Source of the DNA: Bacteroidia bacterium
GTDB lineage: Bacteria > Bacteroidota > Bacteroidia > Bacteroidales > GCA-2748055
Direction: 5' to 3'
NCBI GenBank assembly: GCA_030639005.1
Contig: DAOWDN010000164.1
Location: forward strand, 17,369 to 81,368
DNA: 64,000 nucleotides
In this document: one piece after another, positions 26,634 through 36,803 of the stretch
How positions within the stretch are numbered: position 1 is the first letter of the stretch
Layout of the letters: each line of letters begins with the position of its first letter
Notes under the pieces: model-generated
What the model was told of the DNA's origin: nothing
What the model saw: the letters and a program-made list of their open reading frames with translations, nothing else
Databases searched by the model: none
Program-made: the position numbers and the translations under genes

Positions 26634-27623
26634 TTGTTTGATATGCTCTGTATAATAAGCCCAAATACCAACCCTTATTTTAACCTGGCATCTGAAGAGT
26701 ACCTGCTGAAGTGTAGGAGCGAGGAGATTTTCCTTCTTTACCGGAACGCCCCTTCCATTGTGGTGGGAAAGCATCAGATTACCCTGGCCGAGATCAATCT
26801 GCCTTTTGTCCAGGAACGAGATATCCTGGTAGCCAGAAGGATCTCCGGTGGGGGCACTGTCTTTCATGACCTGGGAAACCTGAACTTTGCATTTTTCACC
26901 AGCGAAAAACAGGGCGACCTGGTCAATTACAGGAGAGCCACCGGGCCGGTGATTGAGGCCATGGGCAAGATGGGTCTGAATGTGAGCCTGGGCAAACGCA
27001 ATGAACTGTTGATTGAGGGCCTGAAGATTTCAGGGACAGCAAGTCACGTATACAAGCAGCGGGTTTTACATCATGGAACCCTGTTGTTCTCTTCTGAGAT
27101 GGGAGATCTTAGCGAAGCGCTGCTTACAGCGCAGGAGAAGTTTACCGACAGAGCAGTGAAATCTGTTCGCTCGCGTGTCACCAACATCAGGGATCACCTG
27201 GCCGGGGAGATGAATGTGGTAGAGTTTCAGAATAAGCTCCACAACTATATCCTTCACTCCACGGAGGGTGCGGAAAAGTACCAGTTTGACAAAAAGGACC
27301 TGGAGAAGATCAGGGAGTTGCGTGATAAAAAATTCTCCACCTGGGAGTGGAATTTCGGATATTCACCCAAGTATCAGTTTAACAAAAGTCTTCCATTCGG
27401 TGAAGGCCTCATTAACCTTCATATGAATGTGGAAAAGGGGATCATCCGTGAGTTGAAGATCGATGGTGATTTTATTTCCAACAAGAATATTCATGCACTG
27501 GAGGAGATGCTGACAGGCATTATTCATGATCCAGAATCTCTTCGGCTGCGCCTTTCAGGGATCAATGTGACTGAATATATCACTGGCCTGGAAAATGAAG
27601 TCCTTTTATCGGGGATGTTTTAA
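26634..27623 (+). CDS. lplA: Lipoate--protein ligase
   Basis: VVGKHQ...RRISGGGTVFHDLGNLNF and KISGTASH. An alternative ATG lies at 26643. Confidence 0.85.
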   Translation: MFDMLCIISPNTNPYFNLASEEYLLKCRSEEIFLLYRNAPSIVVGKHQITLAEINLPFVQERDILVARRISGGGTVFHDLGNLNFAFFTSEKQGDLVNYRRATGPVIEAMGKMGLNVSLGKRNELLIEGLKISGTASHVYKQRVLHHGTLLFSSEMGDLSEALLTAQEKFTDRAVKSVRSRVTNIRDHLAGEMNVVEFQNKLHNYILHSTEGAEKYQFDKKDLEKIRELRDKKFSTWEWNFGYSPKYQFNKSLPFGEGLINLHMNVEKGIIRELKIDGDFISNKNIHALEEMLTGIIHDPESLRLRLSGINVTEYITGLENEVLLSGMF

Positions 27624-27645
27624 GAAGTAAACCGGAGGTAGTATT

Positions 27646-28155
27646 TCACAATTGTTCGAGCAATGCAATCAGGTCCTCAAACTGCAGGTTGATACCATTT
27701 ATTGAGTGCATGGCCTGGGTGTAATAATGTTCTCTTTCGGCAAGCAGGATGGAGATAAACTCTAAAAGTTCAGTTTCTGATTTCCCTTTGATCAGAGGAC
27801 GCTCGGTTGGTGAATGGAGCAAGCGGTCTCTGAGAGCTTCCGGCGGGAGCTGAATGTAAACAGTGGTGCCTTGTTCGTTCATGATGTGCATCATCTCGCC
27901 GTGGCAGGGGGCTCCTCCCCCGGTGGAGACCACCAGGCGATCACGTTTGCAAAGCTCAAGCAGAATATCATGTTCCCACTTACGAAAAACCTCTTCACCA
28001 TGTTCCTTGAAAATTGCAGGGATGGTCATCTCAGCGGTCTCTTCGATCAGGTGGTCCATATCAATATAATTGTAAGCGATCTTTCGCGCCAGTTTTTTAC
28101 CATGGGTGGATTTTCCCGAGCCCATAAATCCGATAAGAAATATCCTGGAGTTCAT
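27646..28155 (-). CDS. aroK: Shikimate kinase
   Basis: MNSRIFLIGFMGSGKSTHGKKLA (Walker A) and VVSTGGGAP. I chose the ATG at 28155, one nt after the parC stop, rather than the 234-aa track ORF. Confidence 0.85.
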   Translation of the reverse strand: MNSRIFLIGFMGSGKSTHGKKLARKIAYNYIDMDHLIEETAEMTIPAIFKEHGEEVFRKWEHDILLELCKRDRLVVSTGGGAPCHGEMMHIMNEQGTTVYIQLPPEALRDRLLHSPTERPLIKGKSETELLEFISILLAEREHYYTQAMHSINGINLQFEDLIALLEQL

Positions 28156-28156
28156 G

Positions 28157-31006
28157 TTACCACTCAAGAGAAAACTGTCCGTTCGGTTTTGCGCTATCGT
28201 CATCGTCCCCCTTCTTGCCCTCTTTGGGCTTGACAATTTCAAGGGGAACTTCGTCAGGGTCCTGTTTTGCCTTTTTTGAGCCTGTCTTGCTCTCTTCTGT
28301 CTTCTTCCTGACATCTGCTTTCTTCCTGACATCTGCTTTCTTCCCGGCATTTGTATTTTCAGGTGCAGGGGCTTCTTTCCTTTTGGGCACCTCTTTTTTC
28401 TCTTTGGGTTTCCCTTCCGGGATTTCAGGAGGAGTGGACTTTTCAGGAGCTGCCTTCCTGGTTTTTGCCTTTTTCACTTCCGGCTCATTTTCGACAGGTT
28501 CTGTTTCGGGCAGCAGCTCCTCGATTACCTTCACCTCATAGTTGGATAAGCGTTTACCTCTGGCCTTATGGCTTTTGATGCCTATGAAATCGGCTACTTC
28601 AATGATTTCCGAGTTACGGTCCTTATTCTTCCCGCCGAATTTAAGCTCCAGGCGCGGATATTCAACTTCGGTAATTCTGATGAGACGCGATTCAGGATGC
28701 TCACCAATAAAGCGGGTCTCCCTGGCACCCGGATCAATAAGGAACCGCTTCAGGTAGTAGTAATTCTGTTCGCCATCGTAATAGGCCGCCGACCATATCT
28801 TACCCTCACGGTACTTCTCAATGATCTTAAGATCATCTTCGAAGTGGTTGCTCAGGTCAAAATTGCAGGTGCGGAAATTCCCTGATTTTGTGATCACCAG
28901 GATGCTGTCCTCGCCGGAGAATTCCCCCAGGAAAGTGCCCCTGGCATCCACATTCAGGCGCATCACATCCTCGTCGAACCAGATTTTCCTTCCGCCCAGG
29001 GTGGAAACTCCCTTCTCTTTCATCACGATCTTCTGCACCGAAAATTTGGTGAGGATATTTCCCAGAGCCCCTCTTCCCTTGATGGCCAGTTCGGCAAAGT
29101 CAAATTCGAAAATAGGATTCTTCAAACGGGGCCTTGGCCGAAGGTATACCTTGATTACCTCTCCTTCGCCATTTGGGTTGGCGCTGAAATAGAGAACTTT
29201 GGTGTGTTGGTGCTCCTTACCAATATTGTACTTCTTGTCGCGGGTGATCCCGGTTACCGGGGCACGCTTCATCATCACATTACCCGAATTGCCATCGAAA
29301 TAGACCACATTGTAGATGGTTCGGTTGTCATTTCTTTTGAAGACCGCTGCATGGATAATATCTTTGCCTGCAAAATGTTTGTCCGCTACCTTGGAGATGG
29401 TGTAGTTTCCGTTCTTAAGGAATACGATGATATCATCTATATCGGAGCAGTCACCTACAAATTCATCCTTCCGCAATCCGGTACCGATAAAACCATCTTT
29501 GGCATTCATGTATAGCTTCTGGTTGGCCACCACCACTTTAGTGGCTTCGATACTTGCAAAACTCCTTAGCTCAGTTTTTCGCTCCTTTCCCTTGCCATAT
29601 TTCTTCTTAATCTGTTTGAAGTAATTAATGGCAAAGGTGACCAGGTTATCCAGGTGGTTTTTCACCTCTTCCATCTCCTCTTCCAGTGCTTTGATGTGCT
29701 CATCGGCCCTTTTCACATCATACTTGGAGATGCGTTTGATCTTTATCTCTGTGAGTTTGATAATGTCTTCGCGGGTGACCTCCCGCATAAAAAGCTTCTT
29801 GTAGGGATCGAGTCCCTTATCAATGGCTTCAATCACACTCTCCCAGGTCTCGCACTCCTCAATGTCGCGGTAGATCCGTTTTTCAATAAAGATCTTCTCC
29901 AGGGAGGAGAGGTGCCAGTCCTCCTGCAGCTCCCTGAGCCTGATTTCCAGCTCCTGCCTGAGCAGCTCCTTGGTATGTTCGGCATTGACCCTCAGGATTT
30001 CGCTTACCCCCACAAAACGGGGTTTGTCATCATCAATTACACAACAGTTGGGCGAGATGGAGATCTCACAATCGGTGAAAGCATAGAGCGCATCAATGGT
30101 CTTATCTGAAGAGACGTTGGCACCCAGGTGAACCAGAATCTCTACATGTTCGGCTGTGTTGTCGTCGATCCGCTTGATCTTGATTTTCCCCTTTTCGTTG
30201 GCTTTGATGATCGATTCTATCATGCTAACAGTGGTCTTTCCGTAAGGAAGGTCCTTGATTACAAGGGTCTTATTATCCAGCTTGTCAATCTTCGCCCTTA
30301 CCCTGATGGCTCCGCCTCGTGCCCCGTCGTTGTAACGGGATACTTCTGCCGAGCCCCCTGTGGGGAAATCGGGATAGAGCTCAAATCCTTTTCCCTGAAG
30401 GAATTTGATGGAGGCGTCGATGAGCTCGTTGAAGTTGTGCGGAAGGATCTTGGAGGAGAGCCCTACAGCAATCCCTTCGGCACCCAGTGCCAGCAGAAGC
30501 GGGAATTTTACCGGTAGGGTGACCGGCTCTTTATTGCGTCCATCATAGGAGAGTTTCCACTCGGTGGTTTTATTGTTGAACATCACCTCGTTGGCAAATC
30601 CCGACAAGCGGGCTTCAATGTACCTCGATGCCGCGGCTCCGTCACCAGTATAGATGTTCCCCCAGTTTCCCTGAGTATCGACCTGCAGCTCTTTCTGACC
30701 CAGCTGGACCAGGGCATCTCCAATGGAGGCGTCCCCGTGGGGATGGTACTGCATGGTGTTCCCGATGATGTTGGCTACTTTGTTGTACCGGCCGTCATCT
30801 ATACGTTTCATGGCATGCATGATGCGGCGCTGCACCGGTTTCAGTCCATCGGTAATATGGGGTACAGCACGTTCAAGGATCACATATGAGGCATAATCGA
30901 TGAAATAATCCTCATACATTCCTGTGAGGTGGGTGATTTTTACATTATCCCCGGAATGTCCCTCTTCGTGGTGCGTATCCAATGATGTATCGTCAAATGC
31001 TGTCAT
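28157..31006 (-). CDS. parC: DNA topoisomerase IV subunit A (type IIA topoisomerase A subunit) with a Lys-rich C-terminal tail
   Basis: ILERAVPHITDGLKPVQRRIMHAM, YHPHGD and the catalytic AASRYIEARL. It lies directly downstream of the B subunit. Confidence 0.88.
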   Translation of the reverse strand: MTAFDDTSLDTHHEEGHSGDNVKITHLTGMYEDYFIDYASYVILERAVPHITDGLKPVQRRIMHAMKRIDDGRYNKVANIIGNTMQYHPHGDASIGDALVQLGQKELQVDTQGNWGNIYTGDGAAASRYIEARLSGFANEVMFNNKTTEWKLSYDGRNKEPVTLPVKFPLLLALGAEGIAVGLSSKILPHNFNELIDASIKFLQGKGFELYPDFPTGGSAEVSRYNDGARGGAIRVRAKIDKLDNKTLVIKDLPYGKTTVSMIESIIKANEKGKIKIKRIDDNTAEHVEILVHLGANVSSDKTIDALYAFTDCEISISPNCCVIDDDKPRFVGVSEILRVNAEHTKELLRQELEIRLRELQEDWHLSSLEKIFIEKRIYRDIEECETWESVIEAIDKGLDPYKKLFMREVTREDIIKLTEIKIKRISKYDVKRADEHIKALEEEMEEVKNHLDNLVTFAINYFKQIKKKYGKGKERKTELRSFASIEATKVVVANQKLYMNAKDGFIGTGLRKDEFVGDCSDIDDIIVFLKNGNYTISKVADKHFAGKDIIHAAVFKRNDNRTIYNVVYFDGNSGNVMMKRAPVTGITRDKKYNIGKEHQHTKVLYFSANPNGEGEVIKVYLRPRPRLKNPIFEFDFAELAIKGRGALGNILTKFSVQKIVMKEKGVSTLGGRKIWFDEDVMRLNVDARGTFLGEFSGEDSILVITKSGNFRTCNFDLSNHFEDDLKIIEKYREGKIWSAAYYDGEQNYYYLKRFLIDPGARETRFIGEHPESRLIRITEVEYPRLELKFGGKNKDRNSEIIEVADFIGIKSHKARGKRLSNYEVKVIEELLPETEPVENEPEVKKAKTRKAAPEKSTPPEIPEGKPKEKKEVPKRKEAPAPENTNAGKKADVRKKADVRKKTEESKTGSKKAKQDPDEVPLEIVKPKEGKKGDDDDSAKPNGQFSLEW
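28305..28340. repeat. Two exact 18-bp tandem units (ttcctgacatctgctttc) plus a degenerate third, encoding KKADVR repeats in the ParC tail
   Basis: Read directly: 28305-28322 equals 28323-28340. Confidence 0.85.
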
Positions 31007-31031
31007 TTCTATCTATGGAGTTGTGGAACGA

Positions 31032-32873
31032 TCAGGCCACTTCAACCGGATCCTCTTCCACCCTTAGCCTGTTTATAATAAACTCCTGTCGCTCGGGTGT
31101 ATTCTTCCCCATATAGAAACCAAGAATTTCCTTTAAGTCGTCATCTTTCTTCAGGCGCACAGGTTGTAGCCTGATGTCGGGACCAATAAAATGCTTGAAC
31201 TCTCCGGGTGAAATTTCACCCAGCCCTTTGAACCTGGTAATCTCAGGATTTCTTCCCAGCTTTTCCATGGCATGGGCTTTTTCCTCATCGGAATAGCAGT
31301 AAATGGTCTCTTTTTTATTTCTGACCCTGAACAGCGGGGTTTGCAGGATGTAAAGATGACCGTTGCGGACCAGGTTGGGGAAGAACTGGAGAAAAAAGGT
31401 AAGCAGCAGCAGCCGGATATGCATTCCATCCACATCGGCATCGGTGGCGACTACCACATTTTTATACCTGAGACCATCGAGCCCGTCTTCTATATTGAGT
31501 GCTGCCTGTAGCAGATTAAACTCCTCATTCTCATAGACCACCTTCTTAGTGAGGCCGAACGAGTTGAGCGGTTTTCCTCTCAGGCTAAATACGGCCTGGG
31601 TATTCACATTCCTCGATTTGGTTATGGATCCGGAGGCCGAATCACCCTCTGTGATAAAGAGCGTGGATTCATTTTTCCGGTTGTCTTTTCCATTGTAGTG
31701 AATTCGGCAGTCGCGCAGCTTCTTATTATGCAGGTTGGCTTTTTTGGCACGTTCCCTGGCCAGTTTCTTGATCCCCGAAATGGCTTTGCGCTCCTTTTCA
31801 GACTCCTGTATTTTTTTTAGCAGGGCATGAGCCGTATCACCATGCTTGTGGAGATAATCATCCATTTTGGTAGTCAGGAAGTTCATAATGAAATTCCTGA
31901 CCGATGGACCCTTGGGCCCGATATCTTTTGATCCGAGTTTGGTTTTGGTCTGGGATTCAAATACCGGCTCTTCCACTTTTATGCTGATGGCAGCAATGAT
32001 GGAAGTGCGAATATCGGAAGCATCAAAATCCTTCTTATAAAAGTCACGTATGGTTTTTACCAGTGCCTCTTTAAATGCCACCTGGTGGGTTCCTCCCTGG
32101 GTGGTATGCTGACCGTTCACAAAGCTGTAATACTCTTCACCGTACTGGTTGCCATGGGTGATGGCCACCTCGATGTCCCCGTTTTTCAGGTGAATGATGG
32201 GATAGAGGCCCTCCCCGCTCATGTTCTCCTGCAGCAGGTCGAGCAGTCCGTTTCTTGATTGAAACTTCTGTTCGTTAAATATAATGGTCAGCCCGGTGTT
32301 GAGGTAGGTGTAGTTCCGGAGCATGGCCTCGATGTACTCATCGATGAAGTTGAACTTTCCAAACAGTGCAAAGTCAGGTTCAAAGACGATCTCGGTTCCG
32401 TTCTTTTCCGAAGAGTTTCGCTGGGGATGATTCTTTACAATCTCCCCCTGGCTGAAATCCACAGCCTTGGCTTTTCCCTCCCGGACAGATTCGATGGTGA
32501 AACTGGAAGAGAGCGCATTCACCGCCTTAATCCCCACACCATTCAGACCCACCGATTTCTTAAATACCTTGGAGTCGTATTTGGCACCTGTATTCATCCT
32601 GGAGGCCACATCCACCACTTTCCCAAGCGGAACTCCACGGCCGAAATCGCGAATGGTGACCCTGCGTTCGTCAACGCTAACCTCGATGGTTTTTCCAAAT
32701 CCCATCATATACTCATCGATGGAATTATCAAGGACCTCCTTTAACAGGATGTATATGCCATCATCGGGGGATGTGCCGTCTCCCAGCTTCCCGATATACA
32801 TTCCCGGACGCTTTCGGATGTGTTCTTTCCAGTCCAGGGTCCGGATGGTATCTTCTGAATAATTCGCGGTCAT
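31032..32873 (-). CDS. parE: DNA topoisomerase IV subunit B
   Basis: GHKL and Toprim motifs: [36 protein letters not shown] and [12 protein letters not shown] chose the start at 32873 (MTANYSED...), which avoids overlap with the upstream gene. Confidence 0.9.
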   Translation of the reverse strand: MTANYSEDTIRTLDWKEHIRKRPGMYIGKLGDGTSPDDGIYILLKEVLDNSIDEYMMGFGKTIEVSVDERRVTIRDFGRGVPLGKVVDVASRMNTGAKYDSKVFKKSVGLNGVGIKAVNALSSSFTIESVREGKAKAVDFSQGEIVKNHPQRNSSEKNGTEIVFEPDFALFGKFNFIDEYIEAMLRNYTYLNTGLTIIFNEQKFQSRNGLLDLLQENMSGEGLYPIIHLKNGDIEVAITHGNQYGEEYYSFVNGQHTTQGGTHQVAFKEALVKTIRDFYKKDFDASDIRTSIIAAISIKVEEPVFESQTKTKLGSKDIGPKGPSVRNFIMNFLTTKMDDYLHKHGDTAHALLKKIQESEKERKAISGIKKLARERAKKANLHNKKLRDCRIHYNGKDNRKNESTLFITEGDSASGSITKSRNVNTQAVFSLRGKPLNSFGLTKKVVYENEEFNLLQAALNIEDGLDGLRYKNVVVATDADVDGMHIRLLLLTFFLQFFPNLVRNGHLYILQTPLFRVRNKKETIYCYSDEEKAHAMEKLGRNPEITRFKGLGEISPGEFKHFIGPDIRLQPVRLKKDDDLKEILGFYMGKNTPERQEFIINRLRVEEDPVEVA

Positions 32874-32977
32874 ATCAATCTCCTCATTGGCGCCACAAAT
32901 ATAACCAAAAGTATGGCCCGGGCAGCATCCAGTTTTCAACACAGAACTCTTCAAAAGTGGTTGAAAAAAGGCCGGAA

Positions 32978-33751
32978 TCAGGTCCACTCTATAGCCTGAA
33001 CCTCCATGTGGGTGCGGGCTCCGGGGTGGTAGGTCCCCCGGGAGTCAAAATCCCATTGCCAGCTGTCGCGGCGAATGCCGTCGGGTAAGTCGGTGTAAAG
33101 CAAACTCTTGGAGGATGCTTTTCCTTTGAAGGGGATCCTGACCTCTGCGGTATCGGTGACAAGGCATCCCGCTTTTTTTGTAAGCCATTCCAGGTGGAAT
33201 GCCTGGATGGCAGCGCGGAACGAAAGGGAAAGCTCCTGTTGATAAGGGAGCTTCCGGCGGATGTAGTCGACAAGGAAAATGTCGAGCTGGTTGAGCAGAT
33301 TAACCGAAATGAATGCATCCGGCTGAATGCCGGAGAGTGGCGGGTTCAGGGAGATCTGTTCCACAAGTCTTGTTGCGGGGATGTTTGATTTGTTTTTCCG
33401 CAGGAGGTTCCAGACCTGTTCAATGGCTCCACCGCTCAGGTCCTCTTCCACCAGCTCCACCCTTTCCATGCCAGCAATCTTCTTCCTGATCTGTGGAGGG
33501 TGATGGATATCCACCAGGTAGATCTGTTCGAACCTAAGCCTAAGGTCATCCAGGGGAACATCGAGCAGCCAGCCGCTTCCCAGCACTGCCACACTTTCGA
33601 CTTTTGTACCGGTAAAGGAGCCTGCAATGAAACTGCGAGTTTTTTCAAGGTGGTGTTGCCATTGTGCAGGTTCACCGATGTACCGGTTCATGATTCCCTC
33701 CTGGTCCCGGACGAACCCCATGCGCCGGATGATCTTTGCGCCCTCTTTCAT
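32978..33751 (-). CDS. Hypothetical protein, possibly a Rossmann-fold methyltransferase-like protein
   Basis: 257 aa. [13 protein letters not shown]...IYLVDIH resembles a nucleotide-binding beta-alpha-beta start. The assignment is weak. Confidence 0.35.
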   Translation of the reverse strand: MKEGAKIIRRMGFVRDQEGIMNRYIGEPAQWQHHLEKTRSFIAGSFTGTKVESVAVLGSGWLLDVPLDDLRLRFEQIYLVDIHHPPQIRKKIAGMERVELVEEDLSGGAIEQVWNLLRKNKSNIPATRLVEQISLNPPLSGIQPDAFISVNLLNQLDIFLVDYIRRKLPYQQELSLSFRAAIQAFHLEWLTKKAGCLVTDTAEVRIPFKGKASSKSLLYTDLPDGIRRDSWQWDFDSRGTYHPGARTHMEVQAIEWT

Positions 33752-34566
33752 TTTGCTACCTTCTCATTTTCCAGCTCCGCAATTCCATCTACCATCCTTT
33801 GCCGTACAATTTTGATCAGCATTTTTACATCCAGTTTCTTCACTTCGTCGGCAGGAATCTCATCCAGCACCCTGATGTGGATGGTGGTCTTTCCCTTCAA
33901 TACCCATGAACCCCGGTCAAAGGTAAGTTCCGAGCCGATATGTACTATGGGGATCACCCCGCACCCCATTCTTTTTGCCAATAGAAAGGCACCCTCCTTA
34001 AAGGGTCTCATCTCCATGGTTCTGGAGCGGGTTCCTTCGGGAAAAAGAAGAATGGAGGAGCCCTTTTTCATCTCGGTCTCTGCCTGGGTAAGAAACTGTG
34101 CACCCGAGCGCATCGATTCACGTTTGATTCTAACAGAATTGTTCAGTGATAGTACCATACCGACAAATGGCAGTTTGAAATTTTCATCCTTGGAGGTCCA
34201 TTTAAAATGCCTTCGCAATTTATGGAGGGCAAGGATATCGACCAGCGACCGGTGGTTTGCCACCAGCACCACCGGTCGTTTCCTGGGGATCTTTTCCCGC
34301 CCTTCAAGCCGGAGCTTCCAGAAGGGAATCAGGGATTGATAGTGCCACGCCCAGAAGTTCGCCATCATATGCGTGGCTACCCGCCGATGGTCCCACCAGA
34401 AGGTGCTGATCCACACCAGGAGATAGAATGGGGTAATAATGACGGAGGTAATGGCCATGGTGATCCAGGCCAGGATGGAGTATATTTTCAGCAAAGTAGA
34501 GTGCATTTTAAGATAATATGGAGGAAAAATACAAATTATGGTCCAACCAGAGGCAATTAGAATCAA
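33748..34566 (-). CDS. plsC: 1-acyl-sn-glycerol-3-phosphate acyltransferase
   Basis: Acyltransferase motifs VANHRSLVDI and LFPEGTRS, with an N-terminal TM segment. Confidence 0.8.
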   Translation of the reverse strand: MILIASGWTIICIFPPYYLKMHSTLLKIYSILAWITMAITSVIITPFYLLVWISTFWWDHRRVATHMMANFWAWHYQSLIPFWKLRLEGREKIPRKRPVVLVANHRSLVDILALHKLRRHFKWTSKDENFKLPFVGMVLSLNNSVRIKRESMRSGAQFLTQAETEMKKGSSILLFPEGTRSRTMEMRPFKEGAFLLAKRMGCGVIPIVHIGSELTFDRGSWVLKGKTTIHIRVLDEIPADEVKKLDVKMLIKIVRQRMVDGIAELENEKVAK

Positions 34567-34578
34567 AAACGGCTATTT

Positions 34579-35121
34579 TTGAATTTCCCCCAAAAACGCA
34601 ACTTACCATTGATGAATAGAGTTATTCTGCTGTTTTTACTGGTGTCTATATGTTGGATCACTGGCTGTGTGGAGCGTTATTACCCCCAGGAGGATGACAT
34701 GAAGACCGGAACCATAGTAATTAATGCACACCTGACCGATCAGCCCGGACACCTGGAGATCTACCCCCCGCTGGTGATGATCGACGGGGTGGCCATATTT
34801 GATATCGAAGCAGTACTGGCAGTTTCTCCCCGTCTCATTGAGCGGATTGAAATCGTGAATGCTCCCTATATCCGCGGCAATGTGACCTTTGGGGGCATCA
34901 TCAGCCTGATTTCTAAAAACAATGACCTGGGATATATCGATCTGCCCTCTTCCGGATTGAAGCTCGATCCGGATGAAAGCGGGGCCATCAGATTCCATAC
35001 TTCGGATCTGGAGGGGGAGTACGAAATATTGATCCGGGGGAGCGACTCAACAGGCAAATTTCTGGAAAAGCGCATCCCTTTCAGGGTGGAACAATCTGTT
35101 TCGGGGTATACTGTTAAATAA
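34579..35121 (+). CDS. Hypothetical lipoprotein
   Basis: Lipobox LLVSICWITGC. No confident domain. Confidence 0.45.
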   Translation: MNFPQKRNLPLMNRVILLFLLVSICWITGCVERYYPQEDDMKTGTIVINAHLTDQPGHLEIYPPLVMIDGVAIFDIEAVLAVSPRLIERIEIVNAPYIRGNVTFGGIISLISKNNDLGYIDLPSSGLKLDPDESGAIRFHTSDLEGEYEILIRGSDSTGKFLEKRIPFRVEQSVSGYTVK

Positions 35122-35163
35122 ATTGGTTCAATCTCTTTTTGTATTTCTCTATCTTTAGTTCAA

Positions 35164-35724
35164 ATGACCATTGACAAGAGAGTGGAGATGGAGGGCAGGC
35201 TGGAGGGTCGCAATTTTGAGCAACTTTTCAGGGACTATTTCCCGCCCTTGATGGCATTCGCCAGGAAGATTTTGGTGGATGAGGATGATGCCAGGGAGGT
35301 GGTTCACCTGGTTTTTATCAAGCTCTGGGAGAAGCGAAATGAGGTAGATCTCTCCACTTCTCTGAAATCCTATCTTTTTACTTCAGTACATAACCGCAGT
35401 TTGAATGTGATCAGGGACCGGAAAAAGTTTTCATCGGGAGAGGTGCCGGAGGTGGCCGGAGAGTGGGATGTAAGTGCACAGATTGAATCGATGGAACTTG
35501 AGGGAAAGATTCGTGAAGTCATTGATTCTCTGCCGGAGAAGTGCCGGGAGATTTTTGAAATGAACCGGTTTGAGGGATTGAAGTATGGTGAGATTGCCAG
35601 CAAGCTGGATATTTCCATCAAGACCGTGGAGAACCAGATGTCGAAGGCACTGAAGATATTGAGGGAGCAGCTGGGAAAATACCTCACTATTTTGTTGTGG
35701 TTGCTGTTGTATACCCTGAATTAG
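35164..35724 (+). CDS. ECF-type RNA polymerase sigma-70 factor
   Basis: Region 2 is FEQLFRDYFPPLMAFARKIL...EVVHLVFIKLWE, and region 4 is LPEKCREIFEMNRFEGLKYGEIASKLDISIKTVENQMSKAL. Confidence 0.9.
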   Translation: MTIDKRVEMEGRLEGRNFEQLFRDYFPPLMAFARKILVDEDDAREVVHLVFIKLWEKRNEVDLSTSLKSYLFTSVHNRSLNVIRDRKKFSSGEVPEVAGEWDVSAQIESMELEGKIREVIDSLPEKCREIFEMNRFEGLKYGEIASKLDISIKTVENQMSKALKILREQLGKYLTILLWLLLYTLN

Positions 35725-35774
35725 CTTATATGCATTCTGGCATAGGGGTAAAACAGTTCTGGAGTGTGTAACAA

Positions 35775-36803
35775 TTGAATATGTCACAGAAAGAGTCACA
35801 TATGGATTTTAACAGCCTGGTAACCAGGATGCTTTCCGGGGAGATGAACCCGGAGGAGATGCTTGTTTTTCAGGAGGATCTGAAAAAAGACCCGGAAAAA
35901 CAGGTATTGCTGGAGGAGTACCGGAAGATCTGGGATTCGGTGGGATCGGTTTCAGAGGCCGGTTCCTATGACCTGGATGCCGAGTGGGCGCTGATTCAAC
36001 AAAAACTTCCCGGATATGAGACTGGTCCGTCGGAGACCCGTACTGGCAGGAGCCGTTCGCTGCTCTATTACAGCTACCGGATTGCTGCTGTTCTTATTCT
36101 TGGCCTGGTGCTGACCTTCTCCTGGTTCTATGTGACCCGCATGGCCGGAATGGTGAGGGTGGTCGCCAAAAACGAACCGGTGGAAGTGGTGCTGGAAGAT
36201 GGCACCCGCCTGGCGGTCAACCGAAACTCAAGTATCCGGTACAAAAAGAGATTCGGGGAAGCGGAACGCAAAGTGTTTTTGTCAGGGGAAGCGTGGTTCG
36301 ATGTGGCCAGGGATACAACCAGTCCCTTTGTGATCGATGCCGGTGCGGCCCTGGTGGAGGTACTGGGAACAAGATTCAATGTGAACGCCTACAAAGAGAA
36401 TCCGGTGGTGGAGATTACCGTAGAGAGTGGTATGGTGGCACTGAGTGCCAAAGAGGACCAGAAGGATCTGATTGTGATGAAGGCAGGAAGCGGCGGGACC
36501 TATCACAAATCGCAGAAGGAGCTGACACTGGTTCCATCCTCCAATCTAAACAATATTTCGTGGAAGACAAAGGAGTTGTACTTCGATGGCTCCAGCCTGC
36601 GTGAGGTGGCCGACCTGGTGAGCCGGGTATATGGTGCAAACATGGTGATTGTGAACCCCGACCTGGCCTCTTGTGAAATTACCGTGACATTCAAAGATCA
36701 ATCCCTTGAAGCCATCCTGAAAGTACTGGAGATGACCCTTGACCTGGATATTACCCGATCCGGGGATGAGATCAGGCTGAATGGGAAAGGATGTAATGAA
36801 TAG
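35775..36803 (+). CDS. FecR-family anti-sigma factor
   Basis: 342 aa with a single mid-protein TM helix (IAAVLILGLVLTFSWFYV) and a FecR-like periplasmic domain (VFLSGEAWFDVARD...FVID). It directly follows the ECF sigma gene. Confidence 0.85.
   Translation: MNMSQKESHMDFNSLVTRMLSGEMNPEEMLVFQEDLKKDPEKQVLLEEYRKIWDSVGSVSEAGSYDLDAEWALIQQKLPGYETGPSETRTGRSRSLLYYSYRIAAVLILGLVLTFSWFYVTRMAGMVRVVAKNEPVEVVLEDGTRLAVNRNSSIRYKKRFGEAERKVFLSGEAWFDVARDTTSPFVIDAGAALVEVLGTRFNVNAYKENPVVEITVESGMVALSAKEDQKDLIVMKAGSGGTYHKSQKELTLVPSSNLNNISWKTKELYFDGSSLREVADLVSRVYGANMVIVNPDLASCEITVTFKDQSLEAILKVLEMTLDLDITRSGDEIRLNGKGCNE

Noticed and set aside
27646-28350. 234-aa version of the shikimate kinase ORF with an Arg/Lys-rich N-terminal extension
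   Set aside because: The extension overlaps the parC tail in another frame and mirrors its tandem repeat (GRKQMSGRKQMS). The canonical AroK N-terminus MNSRIFLIGFMGSGKS begins at 28155.
32874-32987. 38-aa N-terminal extension of parE in the ORF track
   Set aside because: It overlaps the upstream gene's 3' end. The conserved ParE/GyrB N-terminus begins at the internal Met ([15 protein letters not shown]…).
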